Positions 1 to 9,699 of a stretch of DNA of 26,361 bases are shown here, one piece after another. The DNA lies in assembly GCA_013202515.1 (NCBI GenBank), contig JABMRN010000207.1:1-26361 (forward strand), given 5' to 3'. Both the position numbers and the translations under genes were made by a program. How positions within the stretch are numbered: the stretch's first letter is position 1; the number at the start of each line of letters is the position of its first letter. The stretch comes from Candidatus Omnitrophota bacterium. Lineage in GTDB: Bacteria > Omnitrophota > Gorgyraeia > JABMRN01. The notes below the pieces were generated by a model, which was given only the letters and a program-made list of their open reading frames with translations, ran no database searches and had not been told where the DNA came from.

Positions 1-1244
1 GGAAAAAAATACGGTATCCTCTGATCTCTTCTATTGCCCAGAGTAAATTCCCGCCAATAATCGGTTGTTATCAGTCCTTCTCTTTTGGCCAGGTCATACA
101 GCGGGGTTTGGGGAAGCGGGGTAACCGCAGTGAACATCACAAAGTCGGGATTGAGCTCCAAAGCAAAATTGATCGTTTTTCGTATAGTGGCTTCGGTTTC
201 ATGGGCATATCCTATCATAAAATATCCAAAGGTCTCGATCCCGGCTTCTTCCGTCCATTTAAAAACTTCTTTAACACGTTTTAAATCAATCTTTTTATTC
301 ATAAGTTCAAGGATTTTTTCATCTCCGGATTCAACCCCGTATCTCAGACGAATACAGCCCGCTTTATGCATTAATTTCAATAATTCTTTATCAACATAAT
401 CAACTCTTGTGGGCGTCTCCCATTTGACCTTAAAATTGCGTGATAATATTTCCTCGCAGATACCTACAATATGAGAACGCCGCAATGTCATTACATCATC
501 ATGAAACATAATTTCTCTAACCTTGTATTTTTGTACTAAATATTCCATTTCATCAACGACATTTTTTGATGACCGCCATCGAAATCTTTTATCCGACGGT
601 TGTTTAAAACAAAAACTACACTTATGAGGGCACCCTCGGGTAGAAATCATTCTGCCGACAGGATGAAGCCCGATTATAGAATGATATTTTTGCATGGGTA
701 GTAGATGATATGCGGGAAACGGCAGAGAATCGATATCTTCGACTATTACCGGATCATTTACATGTATATCGTTATTCATTTTATATATTAATCCTTTAAT
801 ATTACCGGGGGATATATTTTTCTCCAATGCATTTATCAATTCCAACATTACATATTCTCCCTCGCCATTGATTCCATAATCAACGTAAGAATAAGATAAT
901 GTTTCTTTGGGATAAATAGAGAGCTGAGGACCGCCCAATACTGTTATCGAACCTGCTTCTTTAGCTATTTTGGCTGATTCCAGCGCCCCGAATAATATAG
1001 AGGTCATTGTTGTAATGCCTGTAATTTCAGGTTTAAATTCATATATAAACTGGCGTATCTCATCAGTAATTAGATTCAGTGCAACAACATCGAGAATTTT
1101 CACGACATGGCCTGCCTTTTCCAATACGCTCGCTATATATGAAATCCCAAGCGGCGGTAGCACGCCCCGGCGTTTATTTAAACTTTCGGGTAGCCTGGTA
1201 TTTATATCCTCGATACTATGAGGCCTTATGAGTAATATTTTCAT
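1..1244 (-). CDS. B12-binding domain radical SAM protein (partial; 3' end runs off the window)
   Basis: Absent from the ORF track; hand-translated in part. Starts with ATG at 1244 (ATGA overlap with the upstream stop) as MKILLIRPH...LPPLGISYIASVLEKAGHVVKILD, followed by VLGGPQ and GEGE motifs typical of cobalamin-binding domains. The CxxxCxxC motif STRGCPHKCSFC lies near 610-645. Confidence 0.92.
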   Translation of the reverse strand, partial: MKILLIRPHSIEDINTRLPESLNKRRGVLPPLGISYIASVLEKAGHVVKILDVVALNLITDEIRQFIYEFKPEITGITTMTSILFGALESAKIAKEAGSITVLGGPQLSIYPKETLSYSYVDYGINGEGEYVMLELINALEKNISPGNIKGLIYKMNNDIHVNDPVIVEDIDSLPFPAYHLLPMQKYHSIIGLHPVGRMISTRGCPHKCSFCFKQPSDKRFRWRSSKNVVDEMEYLVQKYKVREIMFHDDVMTLRRSHIVGICEEILSRNFKVKWETPTRVDYVDKELLKLMHKAGCIRLRYGVESGDEKILELMNKKIDLKRVKEVFKWTEEAGIETFGYFMIGYAHETEATIRKTINFALELNPDFVMFTAVTPLPQTPLYDLAKREGLITTDYWREFTLGNRRDQRIPYFF

Positions 1245-3370
1245 AAACCCTTATCATTTGCACTTAAGTCCATCTTTATTTTACCCAGATTAATCCAACC
1301 CTCACCATCAAAAATTCCACTGACATTACTCTTTATGCTTACCCCTTTTGCCAACCCCCGTCCGGGACCAGCTATTTCACGCCAAAATATACCCATTTTT
1401 AGCTGTACATTTTTCCCTTTAACCCCTGGAGGCACAAATATCCAAACATCTTCTTTTAAGACGTCTCCTTTCTTCCAACTATAAGTGGGGTAAACCCGAT
1501 AACAAATAGGGTGATTATATCTATGCAAGACATTTCCCTCTTTGTCCACCAGCTTAAAAGCCATCCAGTAATCCCTGTCTGTCTTTTTTGAACATTCCCA
1601 GATGAGGCTCAAACGACACATATGGCCGGGTTTTATCTTCTTATCCTCAATTTTGTATCCCCGGATAATGATATCGTCCTCCACCAGAAACTCTGCAGGA
1701 CTTAATGGACTGAACTCTTCTAAATCCTGGAATAGACTGAGATCGGTTTTATATCCCTTTTTAAAAAGCCCTATATTATCTGCTGCTGCCACCAGGCCCC
1801 ATTTATCCTCAGCAAAGAATTTCTGCAGATTCTTGTAATGATCGGGTTGATAGAAACTGGTAAAGGTTAAGCGGTCATTAAAATCTATCAGAGCGTATTC
1901 AACGTCTCCTGGCAGGGTATATGCCTCTTTAGATGCGCTATATTTTCCCATGTAAACGTGATGGAATGAGTATATCCCTTCTCTTTGCGACAGCTTGGGC
2001 AGGAATTCGAATGTTGCCACCGCAGAGGCTTCTTTAGGTATTCTATCTATAAAATTTTGCTTCACATAATCCATATCCTCCATGGCATAACTGGAAGAGA
2101 AAGAGGCCGGCACCCGAGGTAAAAATCCAAAATAGATGTTGGATATAATAGAGGTGCTTAATAGGACCGCAAAGAGAAACCATTTATGGCGGCTTACAAA
2201 CCTTGACCTTAAGATGAACCTGGTTCCATAAATAGCTGAAAAAAATAAAATAGGTATCAGCTTTGCGGTGTAATGATAATATATAGTATGATCTGTCATC
2301 CGCCCGGATAGTAGCTGTTGTAAAAGAAATGGCACGGCGATTAACAACGCCTTGGGGGAAAGCAGGCACAGAAAGGCTAAGGGAAAGAGTAACTGAAACA
2401 AAAATTTAATATTTGGTTCGGTAACAATATATGTTTTAAACACAATCACGGGGTGTTCAACTAGATTCCTGATGACCTCTGGCATGCTCCCACCTAAATG
2501 GCTGTATATGACACTAAGAGTTACGATATCTTTGTTAAAATAAGGTATTATCTTTAATCCGACGATAAACCAAAGGGCACCGCTAGCCAGTGGCAGAACC
2601 CACCATTTCCAGTCACGTTTTCTAAAAAATAATACATAAAGGCCGAAGAAAAATATAGCTAGTGAAATATTTTCCTTGCATAACAGGGATAAAAACATAA
2701 AACACATAAAGGGAACAAATCGCTTTATTTCAAAATAATAAAGCATGAATAGAAGAAATACTATAGTAAAGACGACGGGGTGAAATTCATAACTGTTTAC
2801 AAAGTGAAGGGCGGGATAAAATAGATACAAAATGCTAAAAATAAGAGCCCAACTTTTATCCAAAATATTTCTGGCTAATAGGTATAGAGGCACTACCGCC
2901 AATCCAATAGATAGAGTCTGAAGCAAAAGCAGGGTTAAGGGAGTAGAAAACAGTGCGCAGAATGGAGCCACGAGAAATAAAATAAGGCTCAGGTGACTGC
3001 CCAAAAAGGGTATGCCCAATATCGTGCTTTGCATGGATCCGTGGAGAATATTCCAAACTATCTGCGAATAGATAGCTAAATCAAAATCGACATAGTCAAA
3101 GGCGCGATAGCGCAATATGGAGATAAGAGAGAATAGCAAAACATAACCGACGGTTACGATCGCGGTCATTGCCCCGGCATAGCGATCAAAGAACCTATCT
3201 ATTATGCCAAAGAATGACTTTCCGGATACGACCTCAAGGCCCAAATCTGTGATTGCCTGTTGAACCAACTCCGGTTTAATCTTCAACCTTTGGGCCATTT
3301 CCTCAGGAGAAAGATCAGGGTATTTTCTCCTGATAAACTTCCTCTGTTTCCTTGTTATCTTTTCGTTCAT
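1241..3370 (-). CDS. DUF2079-family multi-pass membrane protein (GT-C-like) with an N-terminal HTH-like segment and a C-terminal soluble beta domain
   Basis: DFDLAIYSQIVWNILHG, FLGSHLSLI, YEFHP and LLCKENI motifs match DUF2079-type membrane proteins. Many hydrophobic segments are followed by a hydrophilic C-terminal region. Confidence 0.8.
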   Translation of the reverse strand: MNEKITRKQRKFIRRKYPDLSPEEMAQRLKIKPELVQQAITDLGLEVVSGKSFFGIIDRFFDRYAGAMTAIVTVGYVLLFSLISILRYRAFDYVDFDLAIYSQIVWNILHGSMQSTILGIPFLGSHLSLILFLVAPFCALFSTPLTLLLLQTLSIGLAVVPLYLLARNILDKSWALIFSILYLFYPALHFVNSYEFHPVVFTIVFLLFMLYYFEIKRFVPFMCFMFLSLLCKENISLAIFFFGLYVLFFRKRDWKWWVLPLASGALWFIVGLKIIPYFNKDIVTLSVIYSHLGGSMPEVIRNLVEHPVIVFKTYIVTEPNIKFLFQLLFPLAFLCLLSPKALLIAVPFLLQQLLSGRMTDHTIYYHYTAKLIPILFFSAIYGTRFILRSRFVSRHKWFLFAVLLSTSIISNIYFGFLPRVPASFSSSYAMEDMDYVKQNFIDRIPKEASAVATFEFLPKLSQREGIYSFHHVYMGKYSASKEAYTLPGDVEYALIDFNDRLTFTSFYQPDHYKNLQKFFAEDKWGLVAAADNIGLFKKGYKTDLSLFQDLEEFSPLSPAEFLVEDDIIIRGYKIEDKKIKPGHMCRLSLIWECSKKTDRDYWMAFKLVDKEGNVLHRYNHPICYRVYPTYSWKKGDVLKEDVWIFVPPGVKGKNVQLKMGIFWREIAGPGRGLAKGVSIKSNVSGIFDGEGWINLGKIKMDLSANDKGL

Positions 3371-3468
3371 CGCTATTATTATGATATGGTTATGCTAAGG
3401 TGTGATTTTAGATTATAAGTAAGATGCTCTAACCAATTGATTTATGGGCCGTTATTTTATTAAAATAA

Positions 3469-3496
3469 AGTATATCACACGCAACAAGAATTGCAA
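3469..3496 (-). promoter_or_regulatory. Sigma70-type promoter with extended -10, upstream of the DUF2079 gene
   Basis: The minus strand reads TTGCAA-N16-TATACT with TGTG-n immediately before the -10. Confidence 0.6.
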
Positions 3497-3551
3497 GGGC
3501 TTGCAAAGGAAATGGGTGTGAGTTTGAGTAAGCGGCAGGTGCGTGAGGGAG

Positions 3552-4814
3552 CTATACCCGTTTGTTTCGTGCAAGAAAAACAAATAATACGCACCAGAAC
3601 ACGAGTGCTCCAATTGCAGGAATCCCCCATTGATCAAATGGATGGATGTAACCCATTGGGTGGGTCAAAGCAGCAATTATAGCACCCCACATGAGACTTT
3701 GGTAGGACATAGAATTTCGGGGCAACTCATCGAGGTAGAAAAAGGTTGGTAAAAACATTACAAACAAAATTGTGTAGTGGTGTATTTCGGATACTGGCGA
3801 GACTAAAAGCATAAGCATCGGAAAGAGCGAGTACTCGAGTACAAGTCTCTGCTGGGATATTTGTGATCTTTTCCACCGGCTAACAAAAGCGAGCATGAAC
3901 AATGCCACAGCGCCAAATGCGCGGACACCCCATCTCACCCAAAAATTGGTATGATTCACTAGAGCGGCTTCGGAAGGCCAGATCCAACGGGTCAAGACGG
4001 CATACAGCGACTGGTTGTCTGGAGCAAATGGAGTGACTAGTTGACCCCATAAGTGGCTTTCATGTCCCGCATCGGATATAGCGTGACTTAAAATGCGGTT
4101 CCATTCAGTTAAGAAGAACCAGTTTTGGTCTGTGCCAAGAACAATGGAGGGAAGCACCCAAACAAAAAAGAAGAGTCCTAGACAGACAGCTGCGCACATT
4201 TTCCATTCCCTTTTGATAAGGAACAGAACAATTAGAGGCGCTAGCGGGCTCACTTTCAAAACAACGGCAAAAGCGAAGAGAAGGCCTGCCCAGACAGTTC
4301 GCCCTCGCACATACAAGTACAGGATCGCAATGGCGAGAAAGACACTGATCACTCCAGTTTGGCCACGGGTCATCGATTCCACTAAAGATGGCAGACAAAA
4401 CAGCGCTGCTATCACAGCTGCGCGCATGCCGACTAATCGATCTTGGACCAACCGAGCTGATAAAAGAATCGTTCCACAGAACGCAGCGACAGACAACATG
4501 TACCACAGGAAGGTATCAAGAAGAAGCGGAAGCTGCGTGAAAGGTGTAAGAAGTATGGCAAGCAGTGGTAGATACACGTAATACCATCCTCTAGCATTAA
4601 CGACAAGGTAGATGTGCTCGCCTGATTGGATGGCTTCAGCTGCACGCAGAAATACCGTCAGATCAGTACGCCTGGGGGGTGGGCCGATCCCACCACGAAA
4701 AAGGGTTGAGATGCCCACGCCAACAAAGAACGCAACAACAAGCCAAGTGAATAGTCGTTTACGTTGAAGGAAAAAATCAACCCCTTGACACAGCAAAGAA
4801 ATAGGCGTTCTCAT
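3552..4814 (-). CDS. Glycosyltransferase family 87 (DUF2029) membrane protein
   Basis: DLTVFLRAAEAIQSGEHIY, YVYLPLLAILLTPF, RGQTG, LKVSP, NQSL and EIHHY motifs plus multi-TM topology are characteristic of GT87/DUF2029. Confidence 0.85.
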   Translation of the reverse strand: MRTPISLLCQGVDFFLQRKRLFTWLVVAFFVGVGISTLFRGGIGPPPRRTDLTVFLRAAEAIQSGEHIYLVVNARGWYYVYLPLLAILLTPFTQLPLLLDTFLWYMLSVAAFCGTILLSARLVQDRLVGMRAAVIAALFCLPSLVESMTRGQTGVISVFLAIAILYLYVRGRTVWAGLLFAFAVVLKVSPLAPLIVLFLIKREWKMCAAVCLGLFFFVWVLPSIVLGTDQNWFFLTEWNRILSHAISDAGHESHLWGQLVTPFAPDNQSLYAVLTRWIWPSEAALVNHTNFWVRWGVRAFGAVALFMLAFVSRWKRSQISQQRLVLEYSLFPMLMLLVSPVSEIHHYTILFVMFLPTFFYLDELPRNSMSYQSLMWGAIIAALTHPMGYIHPFDQWGIPAIGALVFWCVLFVFLARNKRV

Positions 4815-4946
4815 GTTTCTGCACAGCTTTCCGTTTGTAAGAACAAGACTGGTGACAAGTTTAACGTCTTATCCGATTTATTTTAAAGGCCAAGTTGGTG
4901 TGGTAATAAAACTCTCAAATATCACACGCCCTGAATTTTGTGGATT

Positions 4947-4974
4947 ATCATATCACATCGGGCTGGAATTACAA
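4947..4974 (-). promoter_or_regulatory. Sigma70-type promoter with extended -10, upstream of the GT87 gene
   Basis: The minus strand reads TTGTAA-N16-TATGAT with TGTG-n before the -10. Confidence 0.55.
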
Positions 4975-5153
4975 AGGGTTTAAATAGTGATCTCTCCCAT
5001 TTCATTCTACGATCTCTAATTCAGCTACAGGGAACGTGGATTTTTTAAGCAATAAAGCTGATCTTTAGGCTTGAAGCACCCCGATCTATAAAGCGCGGCA
5101 GGAAACAATGTGCCCGCGGGTTTATCATCCCCTCATAAACACGAACTCATTAA

Positions 5154-5516
5154 TTATTTTTTACGGTCAGCCAAGAATTTGGCAATGGCTTGTTTATATT
5201 CAGCAGGCAGGTTCAAGAATTTGATTCCACATTCGTATATTTGTGATTTTAGAAATTCGCAATGGCGGACCTCACCCCTTATCTTCATCATTTCTTTCAA
5301 ACCAAATGGTGCACCATCTATTTCAAGATCAATGATAAGGCCTATCGGTAAAAAATATTTTTTTACGTGCAATCCTACCCCTATTGTGCTTACGTTGTAG
5401 GTGGCAGCTTTGAATCGGTCCCCCTGAGCAAGGTGGACCTTTTGACCAAGTTTTTCATCAATCTTTGAAATCACTGATATTGTTATCTGAATTCTTGACG
5501 CTAAGCGCGATTCCAT
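5154..5516 (-). CDS. Stand-alone PilZ domain protein (c-di-GMP receptor)
   Basis: RxxxR (RLASR) and N/DxSxxG (NVSTIG) motifs, GEVRH and GIKF strands, and a GAGGTG RBS at 5522-5527. Confidence 0.85.
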   Translation of the reverse strand: MESRLASRIQITISVISKIDEKLGQKVHLAQGDRFKAATYNVSTIGVGLHVKKYFLPIGLIIDLEIDGAPFGLKEMMKIRGEVRHCEFLKSQIYECGIKFLNLPAEYKQAIAKFLADRKK

Positions 5517-5535
5517 TTAAACACCTCTATATATA

Positions 5536-5564
5536 AATATACCCTGTAGTGCGTAAATTTGCAA
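5536..5564 (-). promoter_or_regulatory. Sigma70-type promoter for the PilZ gene
   Basis: The minus strand reads TTGCAA-N17-TATATT, upstream of the RBS. Confidence 0.55.
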
Positions 5565-5619
5565 GATCGTATATCAAAAGTAAATCAACCATCCTACATA
5601 GTCTTTCTTGGTATTGAAA

Positions 5620-6534
5620 TCATATCCTTGCACCATCCACAGATATAACAGGGTCGAAGAATACAAAATCTAGGTGGCAGGGGCAATAAACCCTTCCTCC
5701 GAATGATTTATTGTTGCCGAAAGCTATGTGCGCAGTCTTTTTTGCCTTTTCGTCTTCTAGCGTATTACCGGTTACCTTTGCCTTTGGATTCAGACCGATA
5801 CCGATTTCCGCTACATTCAAAACGCATCTGCCCAAAGACCTCGCCAGAGATTTTAGTTTAGAAAAAGGCAAATTTTCAGCATACCCGTCTTTAATCATAA
5901 TCTCCACCGGTCTGTTAAGTTTTCCAAACAACGGCGCGCTTCCGTCGACTACCAACCGTCCATTTGTCGTACCTTCCTGCGGCGCAATACATACCTCGCC
6001 AGCGGGCAAATTGCCGAAAGACCCCTTTTTTACGTATAACCCATTATCAGGATAACCATTGCGGCCTTCGATAGACATTACAAGATGTGTACCTTTTTTT
6101 GTAGACAGCTCTATCCTTTTTCCCTTTGACAACACCTTCGAAAAATATGATGTTTCTTTCTTTAAGGCTATATAGTCAATGAGAATTGATCGACTTAAAA
6201 TCTTTCGGGTTATGCCGGGCAAGCTCGCAATCCTTGTTCCAAATCTCACGCAAGCCTGTTTTCTTGCCATTGTATGCGAAAGTGACATCGATGTTAACAA
6301 TAATGCTAAATCAGCATCTTTTAAAGCCGAAGCGATAGCTGGCGGTGGTTCCTGACCATGCATGCGGCGCCGCTCCATTTCGATAAGGACTGTTTTTATA
6401 TTCAATGATTTTGCAGTTTTGTAAAAATACTTCGCCAAAGTGCGTAATTTGTCATCGCACACTATCAGAAGGTATTCGCCCTTTTTGTAACCGAGACATT
6501 TTTTGACAATAGTGCTGACTATTTTTTTATTCAT
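5620..6534 (-). CDS. Aminopeptidase, peptidase M29-like (thermophilic metalloprotease / leucyl aminopeptidase)
   Basis: GNLPAGEV, AEIGIGLNP, LEDEK, AHIAFGNN and HLDFV metal-binding motifs. Confidence 0.88.
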   Translation of the reverse strand: MNKKIVSTIVKKCLGYKKGEYLLIVCDDKLRTLAKYFYKTAKSLNIKTVLIEMERRRMHGQEPPPAIASALKDADLALLLTSMSLSHTMARKQACVRFGTRIASLPGITRKILSRSILIDYIALKKETSYFSKVLSKGKRIELSTKKGTHLVMSIEGRNGYPDNGLYVKKGSFGNLPAGEVCIAPQEGTTNGRLVVDGSAPLFGKLNRPVEIMIKDGYAENLPFSKLKSLARSLGRCVLNVAEIGIGLNPKAKVTGNTLEDEKAKKTAHIAFGNNKSFGGRVYCPCHLDFVFFDPVISVDGARI

Positions 6535-6535
6535 A

Positions 6536-7237
6536 TCAAAGGGTTTCTATAAATTCCTTAGCATAATCTGGGCGCTTAAGATTCAAAAGTTCCGCTCTTT
6601 TTGTGTCCAAATCATGATATGTCATAGCCTCTATCTGCGTAGGGGTATATTCTAAAGGCCGTGCTTCCTTCCCCTTTCTGACTATCCCCACGCCTCTGTC
6701 AAAATCTAATACGAACACTTTAAGGTCGCCGCGGAGCGAACGAAGATAAACGGGTGTTTTCCACACATCTCCGCTCCAATAGCCGGTCCATCCCTTTAAA
6801 TTCAGTTGCGCTGCATGAGCGTAAGACTTCGCCGGATAAGCTTCAGAAGCACATGACGGGCTACAATCATGCAATACAATCACTCCATCGTCGTTAATAA
6901 ATTTAATGGCATTATTGACATCCTTTAAAGACTGTTTAAATGTATGCAGGCCATCCACAAAAACAACATCGGGCCGAATGTCTTGGAGTATCTTGCTTCT
7001 TTTTATGAAAAAATCATCGCTCGGCATGTTGTAGAATTTGTTTGCAAGGTTTTTTGATAGATTCCGGAAAAAATACTTAATAGTTCTCTTCTTTAAAAAC
7101 ACAAACTCTGGATCCACTACCATCTTTCGTGAAGCCCTAATATTAAAAAAACAGTCTCCGTGTCCAAAGCCTATTTCTAAATAGTTCTTTGCCTTTTTTT
7201 TGTTAATTATTTCCTGTATAAGATCAACCCTATTCAT
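6536..7237 (-). CDS. Class I SAM-dependent methyltransferase (Methyltransf_24-like)
   Basis: YLEIG motif I, FVDGLHTF and IVLHDC motifs. Confidence 0.85.
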   Translation of the reverse strand: MNRVDLIQEIINKKKAKNYLEIGFGHGDCFFNIRASRKMVVDPEFVFLKKRTIKYFFRNLSKNLANKFYNMPSDDFFIKRSKILQDIRPDVVFVDGLHTFKQSLKDVNNAIKFINDDGVIVLHDCSPSCASEAYPAKSYAHAAQLNLKGWTGYWSGDVWKTPVYLRSLRGDLKVFVLDFDRGVGIVRKGKEARPLEYTPTQIEAMTYHDLDTKRAELLNLKRPDYAKEFIETL

Positions 7238-7260
7238 TCAAGTTATTCCATTTATATTTC

Positions 7261-7974
7261 TTAAAAAAGATAGGCTGCCGCAGCAGAAAAGCCCGATTCG
7301 TCAAATAACCTCGCTTCGATATTAATGCGTAGTTTTTCTTCAAGTAGAAAAAAATCCCCGCCAAAAAGAAAGCCAAGATGATATCGGGAATAGCGTCTTT
7401 TTTTATCATGTTTATTAATCTTATAAACAAATTCGCAATCGGAGAGCTTCATTCCTACGTAAGGCGAGAAACATTTGATCTTTTTTGTAACTACACCGCA
7501 TATCTGCCAGTCATCGAGAAAGCTTTCGTACTTATCATCGTCTATGCTCCTGTCTTGCGGATGAACACTTATGTGCTGACCTCCTAATATAATTCTTACA
7601 TCAGTTTGTTCGTGTTCAAAAAATTTAACCCTAAATCCGTATCCACCAGAAAAGCCATTATCGAATTCTAACTTTGGAAGGTGTATCCCGCCTTTTGCCG
7701 TTAGATCGCCCATTCCAATCTTGCCATCCAGAGATAGCCAATCCGTTATCCCAACCGACACAATTGCAAAATGATCGCTCGTCTTTAAATTACCGTATGA
7801 CCTGGAAAGAGCTCTTCTAAACATCGCATAATACTCATATCCAAACTCTGCGGCACCTTGCTTAGGGAACCTCGTTCCGTTAGATGAGGCAGCAAACGAG
7901 TCAATTCTATCTCCAAAAAAAATAAGAGTAGTGAGGGCGATTACTTCAATTATGCGGAATGCTTTTTTGTTCAA
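7261..7974 (-). CDS. Exported protein, putative outer-membrane beta-barrel
   Basis: TTG start, signal-peptide-like N-terminus, alternating hydrophobic strands and a C-terminal AAAYLF resembling a beta-signal. Confidence 0.55.
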   Translation of the reverse strand: MNKKAFRIIEVIALTTLIFFGDRIDSFAASSNGTRFPKQGAAEFGYEYYAMFRRALSRSYGNLKTSDHFAIVSVGITDWLSLDGKIGMGDLTAKGGIHLPKLEFDNGFSGGYGFRVKFFEHEQTDVRIILGGQHISVHPQDRSIDDDKYESFLDDWQICGVVTKKIKCFSPYVGMKLSDCEFVYKINKHDKKRRYSRYHLGFLFGGDFFLLEEKLRINIEARLFDESGFSAAAAYLF

Positions 7975-8015
7975 TTTGTTCTTCTTGGAACGTGAAAAAG
8001 CTTCGGTTATTAGAA

Positions 8016-9665
8016 TTATTTATTTTTCATAAAAACTTTGATGAGGGCATTAGTTGACGAGTCGTGGGAAGACGTTTTTTTATTTCCCTTTATTTCTTTG
8101 AGTACTTTACTAGCCAGCTGCTTGCCGAGCTCAACTCCCCACTGGTCAAAGCTGTATATGTCCCATATAAGGCCCTGTGTGAAAATCTTGTGTTCATACA
8201 TCGCCATCAATGAACCAAGCGTCCTAGGGGTAAGTTTCTTGAAAAAAATTGTATTCGTAGGTCTATTCCCTTTAAATATCTTAAACGGGGCAATCCTCTT
8301 TATTTCTTCTGCGCTTTTGCCCTGAACCTTCAGCTCTTCAACTACCTCTTTTTCTGTCTTCCCGTTCATCAATGCCTCTGTCTGCGCGATACAGTTAGAG
8401 ATCAGTATCTTGTGATGATCCCCCACCGGATTGTGGCTTATGAGCGGTGCAAGGAAATCACACGGCACAATTTTTGTCCCTTGGTGTATGAGCTGAAAAA
8501 ATGCATGCTGACCATCTGTTCCTGGCTGCCCCCATACCACAGGACCAGATTGGTATGGTATTTCCAAACCACGCCTATCGGTGTGTTTTCCGTTACTTTC
8601 CATATCAACCTGCTGTAGGTAAACAGGGAAGTGTCTCATGTATTGATCGTACGGCAAAATGGCATGCGTCTCGGCTGAAAAAAAGTTATTATACCAGATT
8701 CCAATCAGCGCCATTATGACAGGGATATTCTCCTCCAACGGTGTCTTCCTAAAATGCCGATCCATTGCTTGGGCACCTTCCAGTAATTCAACAAAGCGTT
8801 CAAAACCTAATCCACAGCATATAGAAAGCCCTATGGCCGACCAAACTGAGTATCTTCCTCCTACCCAGTTCCAGAATACGAACATGTGCGCAGGATCAAT
8901 TCCGAATTCTCTTACCCTTTCTTCGCTTGTAGACATCGCTACAAAATGTTTTTTAATGTATACATTTTTCTTTGCCTTTCTAAGGAACCACTGCCGCGCG
9001 GTCTTGGCATTCGTCATGGTCTCCTGAGTTGTAAAAGATTTCGAGGCAATCATAAAAAGCGTGCTTTCTGGATTTAATTTCTTAAGTGTTTCTACAATCT
9101 GCGTCCCGTCTACATTAGAAACATAATGAACATTAATATGCGGTTTTTTATATGGCCTTAGGGCCTCGAATACCATTCGGGGTCCAAGGTTAGAGCCACC
9201 TATGCCTATGTTAACTACATCCGTTATGCGCTTCCCCGTATAGCCCTTCCAAGAACCAGATATCACTTTATTCGAAAACCTTTTCATTTGGTCTAAGACC
9301 TCATTAATTGCGGGCATAACATTCCTACCATCAGAGTAAATGGGGGTGTTTGCCCTGTTTCTGAGCGCAACGTGAAGAACTGACCTATCTTCTGTCTCGT
9401 TTATCTTTTCACCAGTGAACATTTTTTCTATTGAACTCTTTAAATCAGCTTCGCGGGCGAGCTTGATCAGAAGGCGCATGGTCTTGTCATTAATGATATT
9501 TTTTGAATAATCAAATAAAATATTATCAAATTTAAGTGAAAGTTTTGTAACTCTCGCATGATCTTTTTTAAACATTTCCCCCATTGACATATTTTTCATA
9601 GCCTGATAATGCGTTTTTAGATTCTTCCAAACATATAGTTTCAATGGATTTATTTTTCTAAGCAT
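8016..9665 (-). CDS. pgi: Glucose-6-phosphate isomerase
   Basis: [57 protein letters not shown] and [10 protein letters not shown] motifs; GGAGG RBS at 9671-9675. Confidence 0.98.
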   Translation of the reverse strand: MLRKINPLKLYVWKNLKTHYQAMKNMSMGEMFKKDHARVTKLSLKFDNILFDYSKNIINDKTMRLLIKLAREADLKSSIEKMFTGEKINETEDRSVLHVALRNRANTPIYSDGRNVMPAINEVLDQMKRFSNKVISGSWKGYTGKRITDVVNIGIGGSNLGPRMVFEALRPYKKPHINVHYVSNVDGTQIVETLKKLNPESTLFMIASKSFTTQETMTNAKTARQWFLRKAKKNVYIKKHFVAMSTSEERVREFGIDPAHMFVFWNWVGGRYSVWSAIGLSICCGLGFERFVELLEGAQAMDRHFRKTPLEENIPVIMALIGIWYNNFFSAETHAILPYDQYMRHFPVYLQQVDMESNGKHTDRRGLEIPYQSGPVVWGQPGTDGQHAFFQLIHQGTKIVPCDFLAPLISHNPVGDHHKILISNCIAQTEALMNGKTEKEVVEELKVQGKSAEEIKRIAPFKIFKGNRPTNTIFFKKLTPRTLGSLMAMYEHKIFTQGLIWDIYSFDQWGVELGKQLASKVLKEIKGNKKTSSHDSSTNALIKVFMKNK

Positions 9666-9699
9666 GCTGACCTCCGGTTATATCGAAGTCCTTATTACC

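Noticed and set aside
4981-5153. Gap after PilZ with a GC-rich imperfect hairpin near 5094-5118
   Set aside because: The stem is bulged with a poor U-tract, and there is no tRNA fold, convincing ORF or known RNA motif.
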